Assembly: GCA_043228905.1 (NCBI GenBank)
Contig: JBHGNT010000011.1
Coordinates: 18,042,001 to 18,106,000 of the forward strand
Source: Azolla caroliniana
Lineage: Eukaryota > Plantae > Polypodiophyta
DNA: 64,000 nt
Direction of reading: 5' to 3'
The position numbers were made by a program, and so were the translations under genes. This document shows, piece after piece, positions 1 through 13,100 of the stretch. How positions within the stretch are numbered: the first letter of the stretch is position 1; each line of letters starts with the position of its first letter. Below the pieces are notes generated by a model. That model searched no databases, was not told where the DNA came from, and saw nothing but the letters and a program-made list of their open reading frames with translations.

Positions 1-2044
1 AAATGGATGTTTTAGCAATATTTGTAGAGTTGATTGCATTGTTGAGAAATTCCTGAACTTCATGGACTATGTGTAATTGCTATGCCAAATAGGTTGTGGA
101 CAAATTGGTAGAATTTGGGAAGAAGGAGAAGGAAAAGTTAAGGCACTGCAAAAACCAGAAAAAGGGGATAAAGCTGTGTGGAGAACAGAAAGGCAGACAG
201 GAAATAAGAGGAACAACTAGGTCAAATTTATGAATTTACTAGGAAAATCAGAAACTGAATGAGCTGATCAGAAATAAGATCGTCACACAAATAAAATGAA
301 TTGAGAAGACAAATAAAGGGTGGAAACTCCTGCATCTGGATAATATTAAGACTGCAAGACTAATACAACTGCATAAAGAAAGAAGAAAGATAAAAACAAA
401 GTATTACCTTTTTGGAAAAAAAAAAAACCAAAGTATTACCAAGTAAAAAAGTAACTAACAAAAAAGTTTCTAAAGAATCTTGTTATCGGTACATGTAAGG
501 AATGATGGGGTTAAAGAAAGTTGTGTTTGTTCTCTGTTAATGAGCTTGTGTGGTTGTATTGTTGTCCTTCAACAACTTTTCCTTGTGTCTCTTGAGTTCT
601 AGCAGGAAAAGCCCCAAGCACCATTGGTCCTCATATTCCATTACCTTGTCTACTGGGGCCAAAGCCTTGTTTAAAGAGGCAATGGTATCTCCCTCTTATT
701 CATAAAAAACACTACAGTGGCAAACATAGTGTGCAGATTCCCCTCCCTGATGAGCAGAGGAAACACTAAAAAGAAAGATAGGACAGTGAAAACTCTCAAA
801 TATATATACTCAAGCAGATATCTACTTTCTTGTCCTCTGGGTGTTAATAACCAAACTGCTATCCAGCAAGATAACTACTCTTTTTGTTGAAAACAAAAAT
901 ATATCTTTTTCTCTCTTCAACAAAATATCTTCTATTCAGTGAACCAGACTTGTTGTTACGAGCCACACACATATCAAAATCTTTCAGAGGATTATTCGCA
1001 TAATCGAACTACCTTTCTGATTCCTTCAAAGTCTTTGTCTGGGAACCCCCACCTATTGTGATAGGTGTTGCCAGAAATTCTGGGAACACAATATTGGAGA
1101 AGGGGGAGATGTGACTGATTGGTGGTACAAGGATGATAAAGATACACCTATCATATCTACACATTTCTCTAAATGGATTTTCTGATTAGGGCTAGAAGTT
1201 AGATGAGGACTTACAGTAAACTCTGGAGAATTTTCAGAAAATGTAGGAGAGAATTTATAAGTCAAGACATATCCCACAAGTGTAGTAAGCAGCTGCTAAT
1301 AAGAGACCGTAGAGTTAGATACTTTTTTATAACTGTGCTTTCCTACATGATTGAATTTGCACATGAACCAGGCTTGTCGCTTAAGCATGGTATCAGATAT
1401 TGGGCCAGCTTTAGTCTAGTGTCCATGTACAATTACATGTTGGCATGTGGATTTCACAGTCAAGTCAGTCTAGCTGAGGTTTGGAAATCAAACATCAAAT
1501 TATTAAAGGTGTGAACAGAAAAGCTTATGTGTTATATTTGACATTTGAACAAAATCAAACATGATAATGATACCTACATTATTATTACATCTGCACATGT
1601 ATGAATATATGCATGTATATGCAGACAAAACTTCAGGTATTCTTATGTCTTGAACCATGAACCATGAAATTCCAAAACTCGATTAAGCAAAATGTTTGTG
1701 TGACCTTGCTGTAATTTTGGCAAGTGGTATTTCCTCTCTAGTCTTAACGTGCTAGTACATAATATAGTTGATTTAATAACCAGCTTCAACATTCTTTTGG
1801 AGCATGAAATCATTGTTGTACTTGTCGATGAATCTAGTCCCTCCTTTGCCCCCTCGTGCACAGTTGTTTTGATTTTCTTTGCCAAATTGCATAATAATGT
1901 AATAAGTACAGTTTGTTTAATGTCTCAACATTGGTTCCTTTAGTTTCATTCACTCTTTAGAGCTATTGTCAATTTTCTAGTATAGAAACCATGTTTTTTT
2001 TACGATTCAGATCATTTAATGAACTTCTCTATTCGTAATATCAG

Positions 2045-2714
2045 AATTCAGACCTGGAATTTGTGGGCATTGTGTCAGCAAACCATCATGTTGTGTCAGG
2101 GTTAATGTACCACCTGAAGCTGAAAGCTTCATCTGGAGGGCAAACAAACCTTTATGAAGCAAAGATCTGGGTGAAACCGTGGCTAAATTTCAAGTCACTT
2201 GAGGAATTTAATAGGGTTGAGAACTCTTTTACGTCAGCTGACCTAGGAGCACATATAGGTAAATAGATTTCTATTGAATAAGCATATATTCCTCTTCATC
2301 TTTCTTTATATTCTAAACACGTAAGGCTCTTTGAAATAGAGGAACCTCGAGGACTGGGACTGCAGTCTGTTTCTTGTAATGATCCTTCTGTTAAAGAGGC
2401 AGCCAAGGAGGCTTTGAAGATCATTCAGCAAAGGTCCAATTCACTGATTCCATATGAGCTCAAGGAAGTATTGTCTGCACAAGCTGAGGTTTGATCTAAT
2501 CTATCATGAATGGAATTGTGTATTGAAGAATTACACGCTTGATATATATTGAAGAAATATGAATTTTTTATCATTATAGATGAATGATGAGAGCACCAAT
2601 TTCAGTTTACTCTTCAAAGTCCAAAGAGGAACAAAGGAAGAACATTTCATGGCAGATCTCTGGCGTACAGTACAAGGTGCATGGACTGTAAAAGATGTTC
2701 ACCAACATCATTGA
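2045..2714 (+). CDS. C-terminally extended phytocystatin (cysteine protease inhibitor, CYS6/CYS7 type); 5' exon lies upstream of the window
   Basis: Exons 2045-2258, 2340-2488, 2580-2714 with GT-AG junctions in consistent phase. Translation NSDLEFVGIVSANHHVVSGLMYHLKL...YEAKIWVKPWLNFKSLEEF...FTSADLG, then VSCNDPSVKEAAKEALKIIQQRSNSLIPYELKEVLSAQAE and MNDESTNFSLLFKVQRGTKEEHF...HQHH*. Contains the PW loop and the SNSL legumain site. No LARFAV-type first exon seen in 1-2044. Confidence 0.93.
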
Positions 2715-5700
2715 GAGATGGATAATGATTTTCTTATCAAAATCTGTAACAGAAGAAATGAATGCTTGTATGAGATCATTGTCGATATTAACTTGGATAT
2801 GTACAGTGTTTGTTTTTTAAAATATCCTTGATAAAGTACTTAAAACCTCATGCTACTGGATAATGTTTCTTTTGTTCTTATGCAAGTTCTACATCATTTT
2901 CAAATGCATGTTTTATATTATTCTCAAATGATTGTTTCATTCAAAGAGCAGTTTTGAGTACGTGTGATGATAGAGCTCCAATGTCTATTGGGTACAACTG
3001 AATGATACATTTAGAAAGATTCTCTTAAAGAAGATTGCTCAAAAAAGGTTGTACAAAGGTAGATGATACATTTCTTTAGAAGGTTGTCTAAAAGATCCAT
3101 GGACTGGATGAAATCAAGATCCATGGTCTGGTAAGAATAATGCTTAATTGAGCAATTTATTTGGCAAGGCGTAGCATGCCCAAGATTGAGATGACCCCTA
3201 GGTAGGTGACTATAAAGATCTTCAATGACATATATGACACCATCCTATGAGAGTTCTCATTGGCTGATCTACTCACATTCGATGTACTGTAGATACGTGT
3301 TTTATTATTGCACATGGTACCCCTGAATTATTCATGCCCATTGTTATTGCATCATTTTACTTTAGTGTCAAGTTACAACCTAGTTGAGGGTACATTGTTT
3401 AGGTGCAATTTATTATAGCTCTCTTCAGGGAGACTAATGTCATATTTAAATGAATGAAATATTTGGTCTACTAGGACACCTTGGCCTTTTCAAGACATTA
3501 ATATACAATTTCCCCTCTCTCTCTCTCATATGCAAGAAAATACTATGAGAATCATAAAAATGTTCATTTTGTTTACAAATGGTATATCATATTTTGTGTA
3601 TTGTAGACATGTCATAATGATTGCCATTACACCTATTGAGATTGATTGAGAAAAAACAATGCAATCAAGTCATAATCAATATGGTTTTGTTAATTGCTTG
3701 GAGATTGCGTGGTGATGGGTTCAAAACATTGATGTAGCACATAGTTTTTGAAAAGTAATACATGGTATAACAAGAGATGTTTGATAGTTGGGATTTGTAT
3801 TGATAGACTAAGTTGGTTATCTATTAACTATGGTAAGTGTATTGTGGTAAAAAGTATATCCTATAGACAATAGCAAGAAAGGTAGCTTATGTGTATGCAT
3901 ATACGAAAATTCTATCTTCAGTAGTTTATTTAAACTTAACATTCAATCCTCATAACCAAGAAATTATAGACTATAATTTATTTATAAGTTTTAATTCTAG
4001 ATGTGTAAGTTGTTTCCATAGACTTGTTAGAACACTTTTTCATATTGTGTACAAAATATAGTTTCTAACTTATCCTATTTGTCAATTGATGGTGTATGAA
4101 TATGAGGTCAAGTGAAATTTTTGTGATCTCCATAGTGCTTTGATTTTCTCCGTACGACTCAATGATTTTTTACCACGACATTCATAAACATTTTCTGCCA
4201 ATGACATGTCACCATACAACATTATTCAATATAATCGTGGTTGTAATTTTGTACATGCCTTGATTATTTGGAGAGCTATTTTATACTCTTAGCCCACTTG
4301 ACTCTACCCATTTCACTCGTGGTTAAAGGCTCATAGGAGTTCATGGAGGGTCCATTGTGCTTCTGGTTTATTGACACGAACACAAGCTTGGCATGTGCTA
4401 TAAAGAAGAGAGTTTGTGGGACATATAAAAGATAATACCTTCACATAAGTGTGAAAATGCATAAGCTATAACAATGGCATTGTTATACACTCTCCATTAA
4501 TTGAGAGGACTCTTGTCTTAAAATTTATGGGTCCATAGGTCATGCCACATAGAATAATAATAAGATGGCATTATCATTGATCAGTTTCATATTAGTCGAA
4601 CTCACATGGCTTTGGTAAGTTATCATACAATATCATGGTTGTAATATGTGTGGGCCTCATTGTCGATGCCAACCTTTTTAGAGACCTTTATTTTCTCAAG
4701 AATAAGATAAATGTACATGCAAAGGAATAAGAATAACCAAATGCAATGCTCATAAAAGTGAGCCTTGTATTAATTTCTCTCTCAAATGAATGTCTATGTT
4801 TTTTTATTGCACTAAAAATTGGCATTATGTCCAATAGCGTAATAGTTAATGGCAGAAAAATTTAGAACCTGAATTAATTTAATGCAAGAGTCAACAAGGG
4901 TTGTAGTGCATCATAGTGCTTAAAAGGCAAGATGATTAATAAGCGCAAATAGGAACAAGCGTTGTTGTACATTGGTTTGAGTAAACTTTGATTTGCAAAG
5001 GGCCACTTAGACCATGCCAAATGCATAGTTTTTGGAAGAAGGTTCTAATAACAAAAACAAATCATTAATGGGTGACCTATCGGATCTTGTGTTGAGAATA
5101 AATGGATTGGAATTACAAATTAATGTGTAAAGCAGAGAGAGGACTAATCGTCAATGAAAAGTTCATGAAAAAGCATGCAATTACAATTATGGTAAATTCT
5201 AAATGATTTTCATCTGTAAAAACGAAATGATCAATTAATCTTAATGGATTCACTTTCTAAAATGATAAGTTTAGGATTGGGTGGAATGGTACGTGATAAT
5301 TCATGTTCCTTGAGTGATTCTTTTTGTAAGAGTATTGCAATCAAATTTATTTGCCCTGCTCCTTGCCAACTTTATTTTTTCCTATTATTGCGCTACTTCT
5401 TTTATTCCCTTTCACAATTGTCTGCTCTCCTTTCTCACGAATGACACCGAACTTTCGTAGCAAATTCGGACATTTCATCCAACAACTATTGTGTCTCCAT
5501 CATGGTTGATTCGTCCTATCCCCACCCCCCTTTTTTTAACACGCAGCGAGGAAGGAAGAGCAAGACTAAACAACTAAGAAACCATCTCCATTCTCGACCT
5601 GCAAGGAAGTTGTTGTTGATTCAAATGTCTCATTCAACAATTGACGTGTCTTTATCGTGGGTGATCTATCGTAATCCCCTCACCGATGCACGAAAACGAA

Positions 5701-6141
5701 AGAGCACACAATTAAGCAAACTAAGAAGCCGATCTTTCTGACAAGTAGAGACAATTCACTACCGTTTTACAAGGTGTTCTCGGCTGGACCGTGGGAAAAC
5801 TGAGACTGTTTTTAACTTTGTACTCTTGGAAAAGAAGGCAGCATCTGAAGAAGGATGGAGAGAAGCCGAGGAACCTTTTGAGGAATTGAAATGCTATGGA
5901 AATTAAATTAGATCGATGAAGCAGGAAACACTGCAAAATCTTTTAGTATAAAGTTTTGACTTTAGGAAATGCCGGGAAATTTGATGAGAGAGAAACGCAG
6001 AGAGAGACAGAGAGGGTGAGAGAGAGAGAGATCTGTTTTTACGGAGACACTTCAGGAAAAGTATAAGAAATACGCAAAGCACACCCGGAACAAGTGAGAG
6101 ATGGGAGAATCCGAGATAGCACGATTTGTTGTTTTAGTGCC

Positions 6142-9100
6142 ATGAGATCTCTTAACCCCGCTGATCTCGGACATGGTTCCTCCTCCTCCTCTGTTCAGAA
6201 CAAGACCACTTCCAGAAAGATGCAGAGAAGTAGAGGTTTGGCGACATCCAGAGATCAACGATTCCGATTCCTCAGGATCTTTCTCGGTCCGCGGCGGTGT
6301 ATTGGGACTTTTGTTTTCATCTCAGCTCTCTCGATTTTATACCTGATTCATATTACAATAAATTTGTCTACTAATCAGACTCCCAAATCAGGTAGGTCCA
6401 CATGCTGATGCAATCACTTCGTTTCTTTCCAGATATTTTTGTTTTCTTTCTTTTGGGTTTTGTGTAGATTTTGTTTAAATTAGTTCTACTATACATATAC
6501 ATATACATGATCAGGGTGAATTGCCACTCCTCATCAAAGATTTAGTGAATTAGGGTGGATAGTCACTTCTTAACAATGGATCAGTTATCGTAGCTTGATC
6601 ATAGATTATGCCAATCCTTTTAATGTGTACATAATCACATTAAAATTTTAGAGGATTTGGCTAAATAGTCAATTACCAACTGCACATGCAATCACTACCT
6701 CAAGATTTTAGACAATTAAGGTAAATGAAAATCACATCGATATGTTAGATGATTAAGGTAACTGGTCAACACCCCGACTATGCATATGCTATCACTACAT
6801 GAATATTCAGACATTGAACGTAAATGAGAATCACTTCAAGATGTTAGATGATCAGGGAAAATGGCCAGTACTTATAATGCACATATATGGCATCAAGAGT
6901 TTAGACAATTTCAATAAATTGTTGAGAAGTATCTATCACTTTATCATTCCAACCTTCAGGGAGTCCAGATCCTTTTCCTTGATGCTGTATCTGAGCTTTT
7001 GGGGAAGACTTTGCACCATTTTTTGGTGAGTATGATCACTTGAATTAGGCCATTCTTGCTGTCAAGGTAGGTCAATCTACTATTGATTTCAGTGAGGTAA
7101 TCTTTACCTTAGTTTCTCCCCTTCTTACTTGCCAACCTCTCCCAAAAGGAAAACCTCCATGAGCACAAGTTTTGAGTTTTGACTTGATTGTGGTTGGTTG
7201 GTATGCAGATCAACTGAACTCCATTTTTTGAGCCAGACCAATGACGGGAGAAGCCCTACGTTCATTCCCTTGTTCTTCCTTTCTTGATGTTTAATCAATC
7301 TTGCTATAGGAACTATCGAGAGCAACAGTAATTCGTTTATGGTGGGGACTATTCTCTTCAATGATAACTGCTAGTGCAAATATGTGATGAAAAGTAGATA
7401 CTTCTCTTCTGAATACTGTCCATAGTTCTACAATCCCCGTTCTCTGCCCATGTGGCTTCACAGTTCATGCATAACTATAAACACATACAACTCTATCCAT
7501 GACACGGGTGTCCATATGTCCAAGAATTTTATAAAATCCATCCTCAGTGATGTGGAGGAAATGGTGACGATGGAATGCTATCTTTGTATTTAATTCCTGC
7601 CCAGGTTTGATCCATGTCCTAGTCTCTAGTTGAATGAGTTCACGTCTGATGACTTTGCTAATCTCTGACCAAGTTAGTGGGAGAGATAGTGTATCCAAGG
7701 AGTTCCAGAAGTGAGGTAGTTTGTGAATGCTGAAACCATGGAACTCAAACCACCTGCAAGTAGGGAATACCAGCATGAACTGCAGAGAAACTACACTGAC
7801 CTGACTAGAGCCTCTATGACCATTGGTAGTGCAGCAATCTCATGGGATACATATGCTTTAGCTCAAATTGTTCTAGAGATTGTGAATAGAACAGTCCCGT
7901 CATCAATATCCACTCAGTAGGGTCCAGATCTGTGATGATGATGAAAACTACACCCTCAAATTTGTACTCTGTGAAGTTCTAGGAGTAACAAGAGTATTGG
8001 GTCACAACTTTATGTGGCTTTTGGAACTGAGATTGTGAACATATTCTCTCTAGTCGTCCTAGTGCATGTATTGAGAGATTACACTGCATGATCCATGCTA
8101 CACCAATCAGTTTGGGTGACTCTGAGAGCTCATGCATACAAGGCACTACCATGATGGGAGCCAGACTATAATCCTCAGAGTCTGCCATGCCTGTGCTGAA
8201 AGTAAGTACAACCACTATTTAATAGATATATGTCTAGACCATTAAAAATAGTAGATCTATTTGCTGATCCTATTTCCAAAAGATCTCCCATACTTGTTAC
8301 AATTGTCAGCATCTGCTGATCTCTGAGAGATATGCATGCAGCTGTGAGTAAATTTGCAGCATAACAAACATACCAGAGCATAGGGAAAAACGGAAAGCAC
8401 GATGGAGACAACAAGAGAAAAGCCAAAAAGGAATTTAGACAATTTAGAAAGAAAGAAAGCTTAATTAACATCTTTTAAGAGGCCAAAATGGAAGATAAGA
8501 CCAAACAGAAGTTATATCTGACAATGTTTTCTTGTCTTTGAGAACAGCAAACCAAAATTAATATTATTAAACATATGGCACTAAAGAATTTATATTTCTA
8601 AGAATGTAAGATTCTAAACTTATATAGGCTGAAATTTTTTTCTTTGATAAATCTTCAAGATGGTGAGATCTCCGAAGCGAGGAAAGCACCTATGGTGCTG
8701 GGTGGTAGTAGCCTTTATTTGTACATATTTTAAGAGGCCAAAATGGCAGATAAGAACAAACCAGAAGTTACATCTGACAATGTTTTCTTGTCTTTGAGAA
8801 CAACAAACCAAAATTAATACAATTAAACATATGGTACTAAAGAATTTATATATTTAAGAATGTAAGATTCTAAACTTATATAGGTGGAAAAATTTTCTTT
8901 GATAAATCTTCAAGATGGAGAGATCTCAGAAGTGAGGAAAGCATCTTCGGTGCCGGGTGTAGTAGCCTTTATTTGTCAATGACAAGGGTGATGAAGCCAT
9001 GTTCCAGATGGTTGTGGCCTATTTGTATGACACACTGCTGTTGCATGACTATAATCTCTTTTGAGTGCATTGGTTGGGAATCCACTTGTGTAGTTCTTGA

Positions 9101-10071
9101 TTTAAATTGCAGCATGAGTAATGTGGCGATAAAGTTGTGATTGTCCTTTAGTAATGACTTGTTGTGGTTTATTGTTATCCTTCACTCTATACGTCTCTTG
9201 ATTTCTTGTAAGAAAAATCCCAAGCACTGTTGGTCTTCGTGTTCCTTGAAATTGTGTAGCGGACCCGAGCTCTTTTCGTTGCCAGTTTTCCCTACACTAG
9301 ACCTCGGCTTTAAGTAACTCAAGAACCATGTGTGCACGTCTTCTTCACTCCCTTTACCAAATCCGTCAAAACCTTTTCAGGTTGAAACTGACGCAAGTGA
9401 TTATGCTATGGGTGCTGTCTTATATCAAGATGGTACACCGATAACATTTGAGAGTAAGAAGCTTGATTCTGCTCAATGTTGGTATACTGTTAAAAAAAAA
9501 CTGATTCCATTCCCTGATGGCACAATTGGCATATTCATTCTTCCATTCGTTTGCATGCATCTTTGCCTATCTTAATTTCTAAAGAGGTGCTGAGCTTCCC
9601 TATCACACTACCAAGTGCATGAGATAGATGTGTATCCATATAAGGACTAATAATAAATCCATCCAATGACTTGTGTAAAGAGAGTGCCATTTTAGTGGGC
9701 CATCTTCCTGCCAAGAGATGTGGGGCTGATCCTTGTCCTTTAATATTCCAATTTAATGATATCAGTTTTTCCACTTCAATCATGTTCAGTTTTGGATACT
9801 CCAAGCTATATTGGAATGGGGTAGTACGTTTATACTGATGCCATGTGACTGGAACCATTCTTGCACCATCTTTGAGAGTCGATCATGGAAACTAGCAAAA
9901 GGTTCTAGACTTACTGTCAAGGACACGAACTCACAAGTATTGAACTTAGAAGATTTTGTGAGTTATACATGGTATAAAGAGGAAGTAACAACACAATATA
10001 ACCCCTCGTATAATGGCTTGGCTCATGCATATAAAATCACACTATGTCATTTGTAACATATGTTTGTCATC

Positions 10072-10129
<58 letters not shown>

Positions 10130-13100
10130 TTTTTAACAGAATATAGACCGTGGATTCCATGTACTCCAAGGCGAGCATTATGGCCTTTGTTTAGCTCTGA
10201 TTATCCGATCCCTCAAAGTCATCCTTGTGAAAGTTTCACCCTTCCTCCTCCCCCAGCTAAGCCTGGGCCACGTCGTGAGTACTGAACTCAAGTCTTATTT
10301 TCTGGTAATTTCTCTGTTTTGATTTTAAAAGCCTTGATATTCTTTGCTGAATTGAGTTTTCATCTCTGAGTTGATTTTTGCAGCATGCCCAGTTTGTTAT
10401 CTTCCGGTTGAGAAAGCACTGTCAAAGATGCCCATAGCTAACATGTCATCATCATCTGCTGTCAAAGAAATATCCTATTTTGTAAACAAAGGATTCTTCA
10501 GAACAAGCTTTGGTGGTCAACCATCTTGGGAGGACCGTGAAAAATCATTTCAAATACAGGAAAACATGAATGTTCACTGTGGGTAGGGTATTTTCAACCG
10601 CTTAAGTTGCTTAATTTCAGTTATTTAAACCCAGCTCGCTTGAGATTTTTGTAATGCATTTTCAGATTTGCACAAGGAGATAGGCCTGGACTTGGATCAG
10701 GATTTGATATTGAAGAACCGGATTTATTGGATATGGAGAAATGCAGGGGCATAGTTGTTGCATCAGCTATCTTTGGTAAGCTCTTGAACTTCTTGCATTT
10801 TTTTTTTCTTCTTCTCAGCTGACCATATTCGTTCATTTTTAATAGGGAATTATGATCTGCTGCGTCAACCAAGAAATATCAATGAGCACTCTAAGAAGAC
10901 TGTTTGCTTCTTTATGTTTGTTGATGAAGAAAGCTGGGATTATTTGGATACAGATGAAGTGAATGGTGGGCTCTGGAGAGTGGTGGTAGTCAGGAATCTA
11001 CCATATGAAGATGCAAGGAGGAATGGGAAGGTAACCAATTGTAAACTTTTTCTTTTTGTTTGAACAATTTTGTTTTCATTAGGTTGGTCATTGTTGGAAC
11101 TTGGGGGCATATTATGCCGTGTATTTTATAACACAAGAATCATTGTTTGTGTCTCACCACTAAATTTGCTATCAAGAAAAACCAAGAACTTCACTGCAAA
11201 TACTCAAAAAGTCGAAATTTGATCAATTTCACAGATTCTAGTCCAGAGAAAAACATCATTTTATCTGAAGAATGATGTTGGGGTCTTGTCACTGTGTTAC
11301 ACCAATAACATGCTCTTTCCATTGCTACGTCTAAAGCCCAATCTACCTAGTCATTTGGTCGAAACGTTTTATGTTATTTGAAATGTAAAAGCTTTAGCAA
11401 CAGGATTCTCGCTATATCTCATTGTGTATCTACGTTTAACCACCTTCCACAGGGTCCTATGTCACTTAGATGGAACTACTGTACCAGGTTATACAAATTT
11501 TTAGAAAGTTTAAGCTTCTACATTGGATCGCTAGGTAAATTTTATTGATCTACGTTTAACTACCCTCTACTGGGTCCAAAGTCACTTAGATGAAGGAACT
11601 ATGTAAACAGAAATATATGTGTTTATACAATCAACTAATAGAAAGGCAGCTGTAAGAGCTTCAATAATATCTTTTCTAGAGTAGTTGCTAAACAACTACC
11701 TGAGATGACAGTGGTAAGAGCTTTAATAATAATGTTCTGTTAGTAGTGGCTAAGGATCTAGTTGAATTTGATAATCTATCATAGACAAGTTCCATCAATA
11801 TAAGTTATAAACTTTCTTTGTCTCATAAACAGTTAACTCTGATCATCATTTTGAATTAGGAGTAATTAGTAAAGTATGCCAAGCTTTGGAGTTCTGCAAT
11901 GATGTAGGTAATGACATGATGATTTTAGGTTTTTCCACTAGGGTCCCCTTGAAATAAGATAGTGGCACAATTTCTTTGAAAAAGTAAGAAACGTGGAAGT
12001 TAAGACGAAAACTTCATGTGTTATGTATAAACGGCATTCTTAGGGAGGAATATGGACTTTAAGATTTAATATGGCAATTAGCGAAATTCCATGAGAGAAT
12101 AAGAATGTTGTGCTTTACCTGAATGCTACTCATTTACAACTTTACTATTGAGTTTTGTATATCTAATTGTTGAAGTTTCTTCTTACAGATCCCAAAGTTG
12201 TTGCTGCATAGGCTCTTTCCAAATGCAAGGTTTTCCTTGTGGATTGACGGGAAGCTGGAGCTTATTGTTGATCCATACCAGATCTTGGAAAGGTTCATCA
12301 TCCTGTTTTCTAAATACGTGCACAAATTTCTTTTCTGTTGACATTCTTTAAATTTCCTATTAGATGTTTAAATTACTTAAATTCTTCTATAAAAGAGAAT
12401 TCTTGTTATTCATGCACATTTGGGCACTCTTACCATGTGAAGTACCAAATGGTTTGATTGTTTCAGATTCCTTTGGAGAAAGAATGCTAGTTTTGCAATA
12501 TCAGAGCATTACAAACGCTTTGATGTTTTTGAGGAAGCCCAAGCAAATAAGGCTGCAAAAAAGTATGACAATGCATCCATTGATGCCCAAGTGAACTTTT
12601 ATCATCAAACTGAAGGCCTTATTTCCTACTGCCAAAAGAAACATCCCAAATTCCGTAGTGGTTTGTTCTTCTATCTCCTGCAAATTTTAGTTGACTAGTC
12701 CTCAGTAATGATGATATATATAAGATTTGTGCCTTGATCCAGATGTTCCTGAGGGTTGTGTTATTATAAAAGAGCATATACCCATTACAAACTTGTTCAC
12801 ATGCCTTTGGTTCAATGAAGTGGATCGTTTTACTTCGAGGGATCAGCTAAGCTTTGCAATGGTACGTGATAAAGTGTTGGAGAAGGCTCCCTTTAATTTT
12901 AGTATGTTCCTCGACTGTGAGAGGAGAAATTTTGTTGTACAGGTCAGTAATTTGATTATGAGTTATTTTTCGGTGTACATTCATGATATTTTTGGCTTTT
13001 GAAATAGCTTAACCAAGTATTACATTATGTGCAGGGATATCATAGACATGTTCTGAATGCCTCCAAATTTGTCCAGACTCACTTTGTTCCTGATATGGTT

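Noticed and set aside
1-420. Purine-rich stretch weakly resembling a LINE RNase H/C-terminus
   Set aside because: The motif match is too weak to call.
7050-8200. Several 60-100 aa ORFs in DUF616 intron 1 as a nested gene
   Set aside because: Fragmented by stops and frameshifts with no recognisable domain; probably decayed TE sequence.
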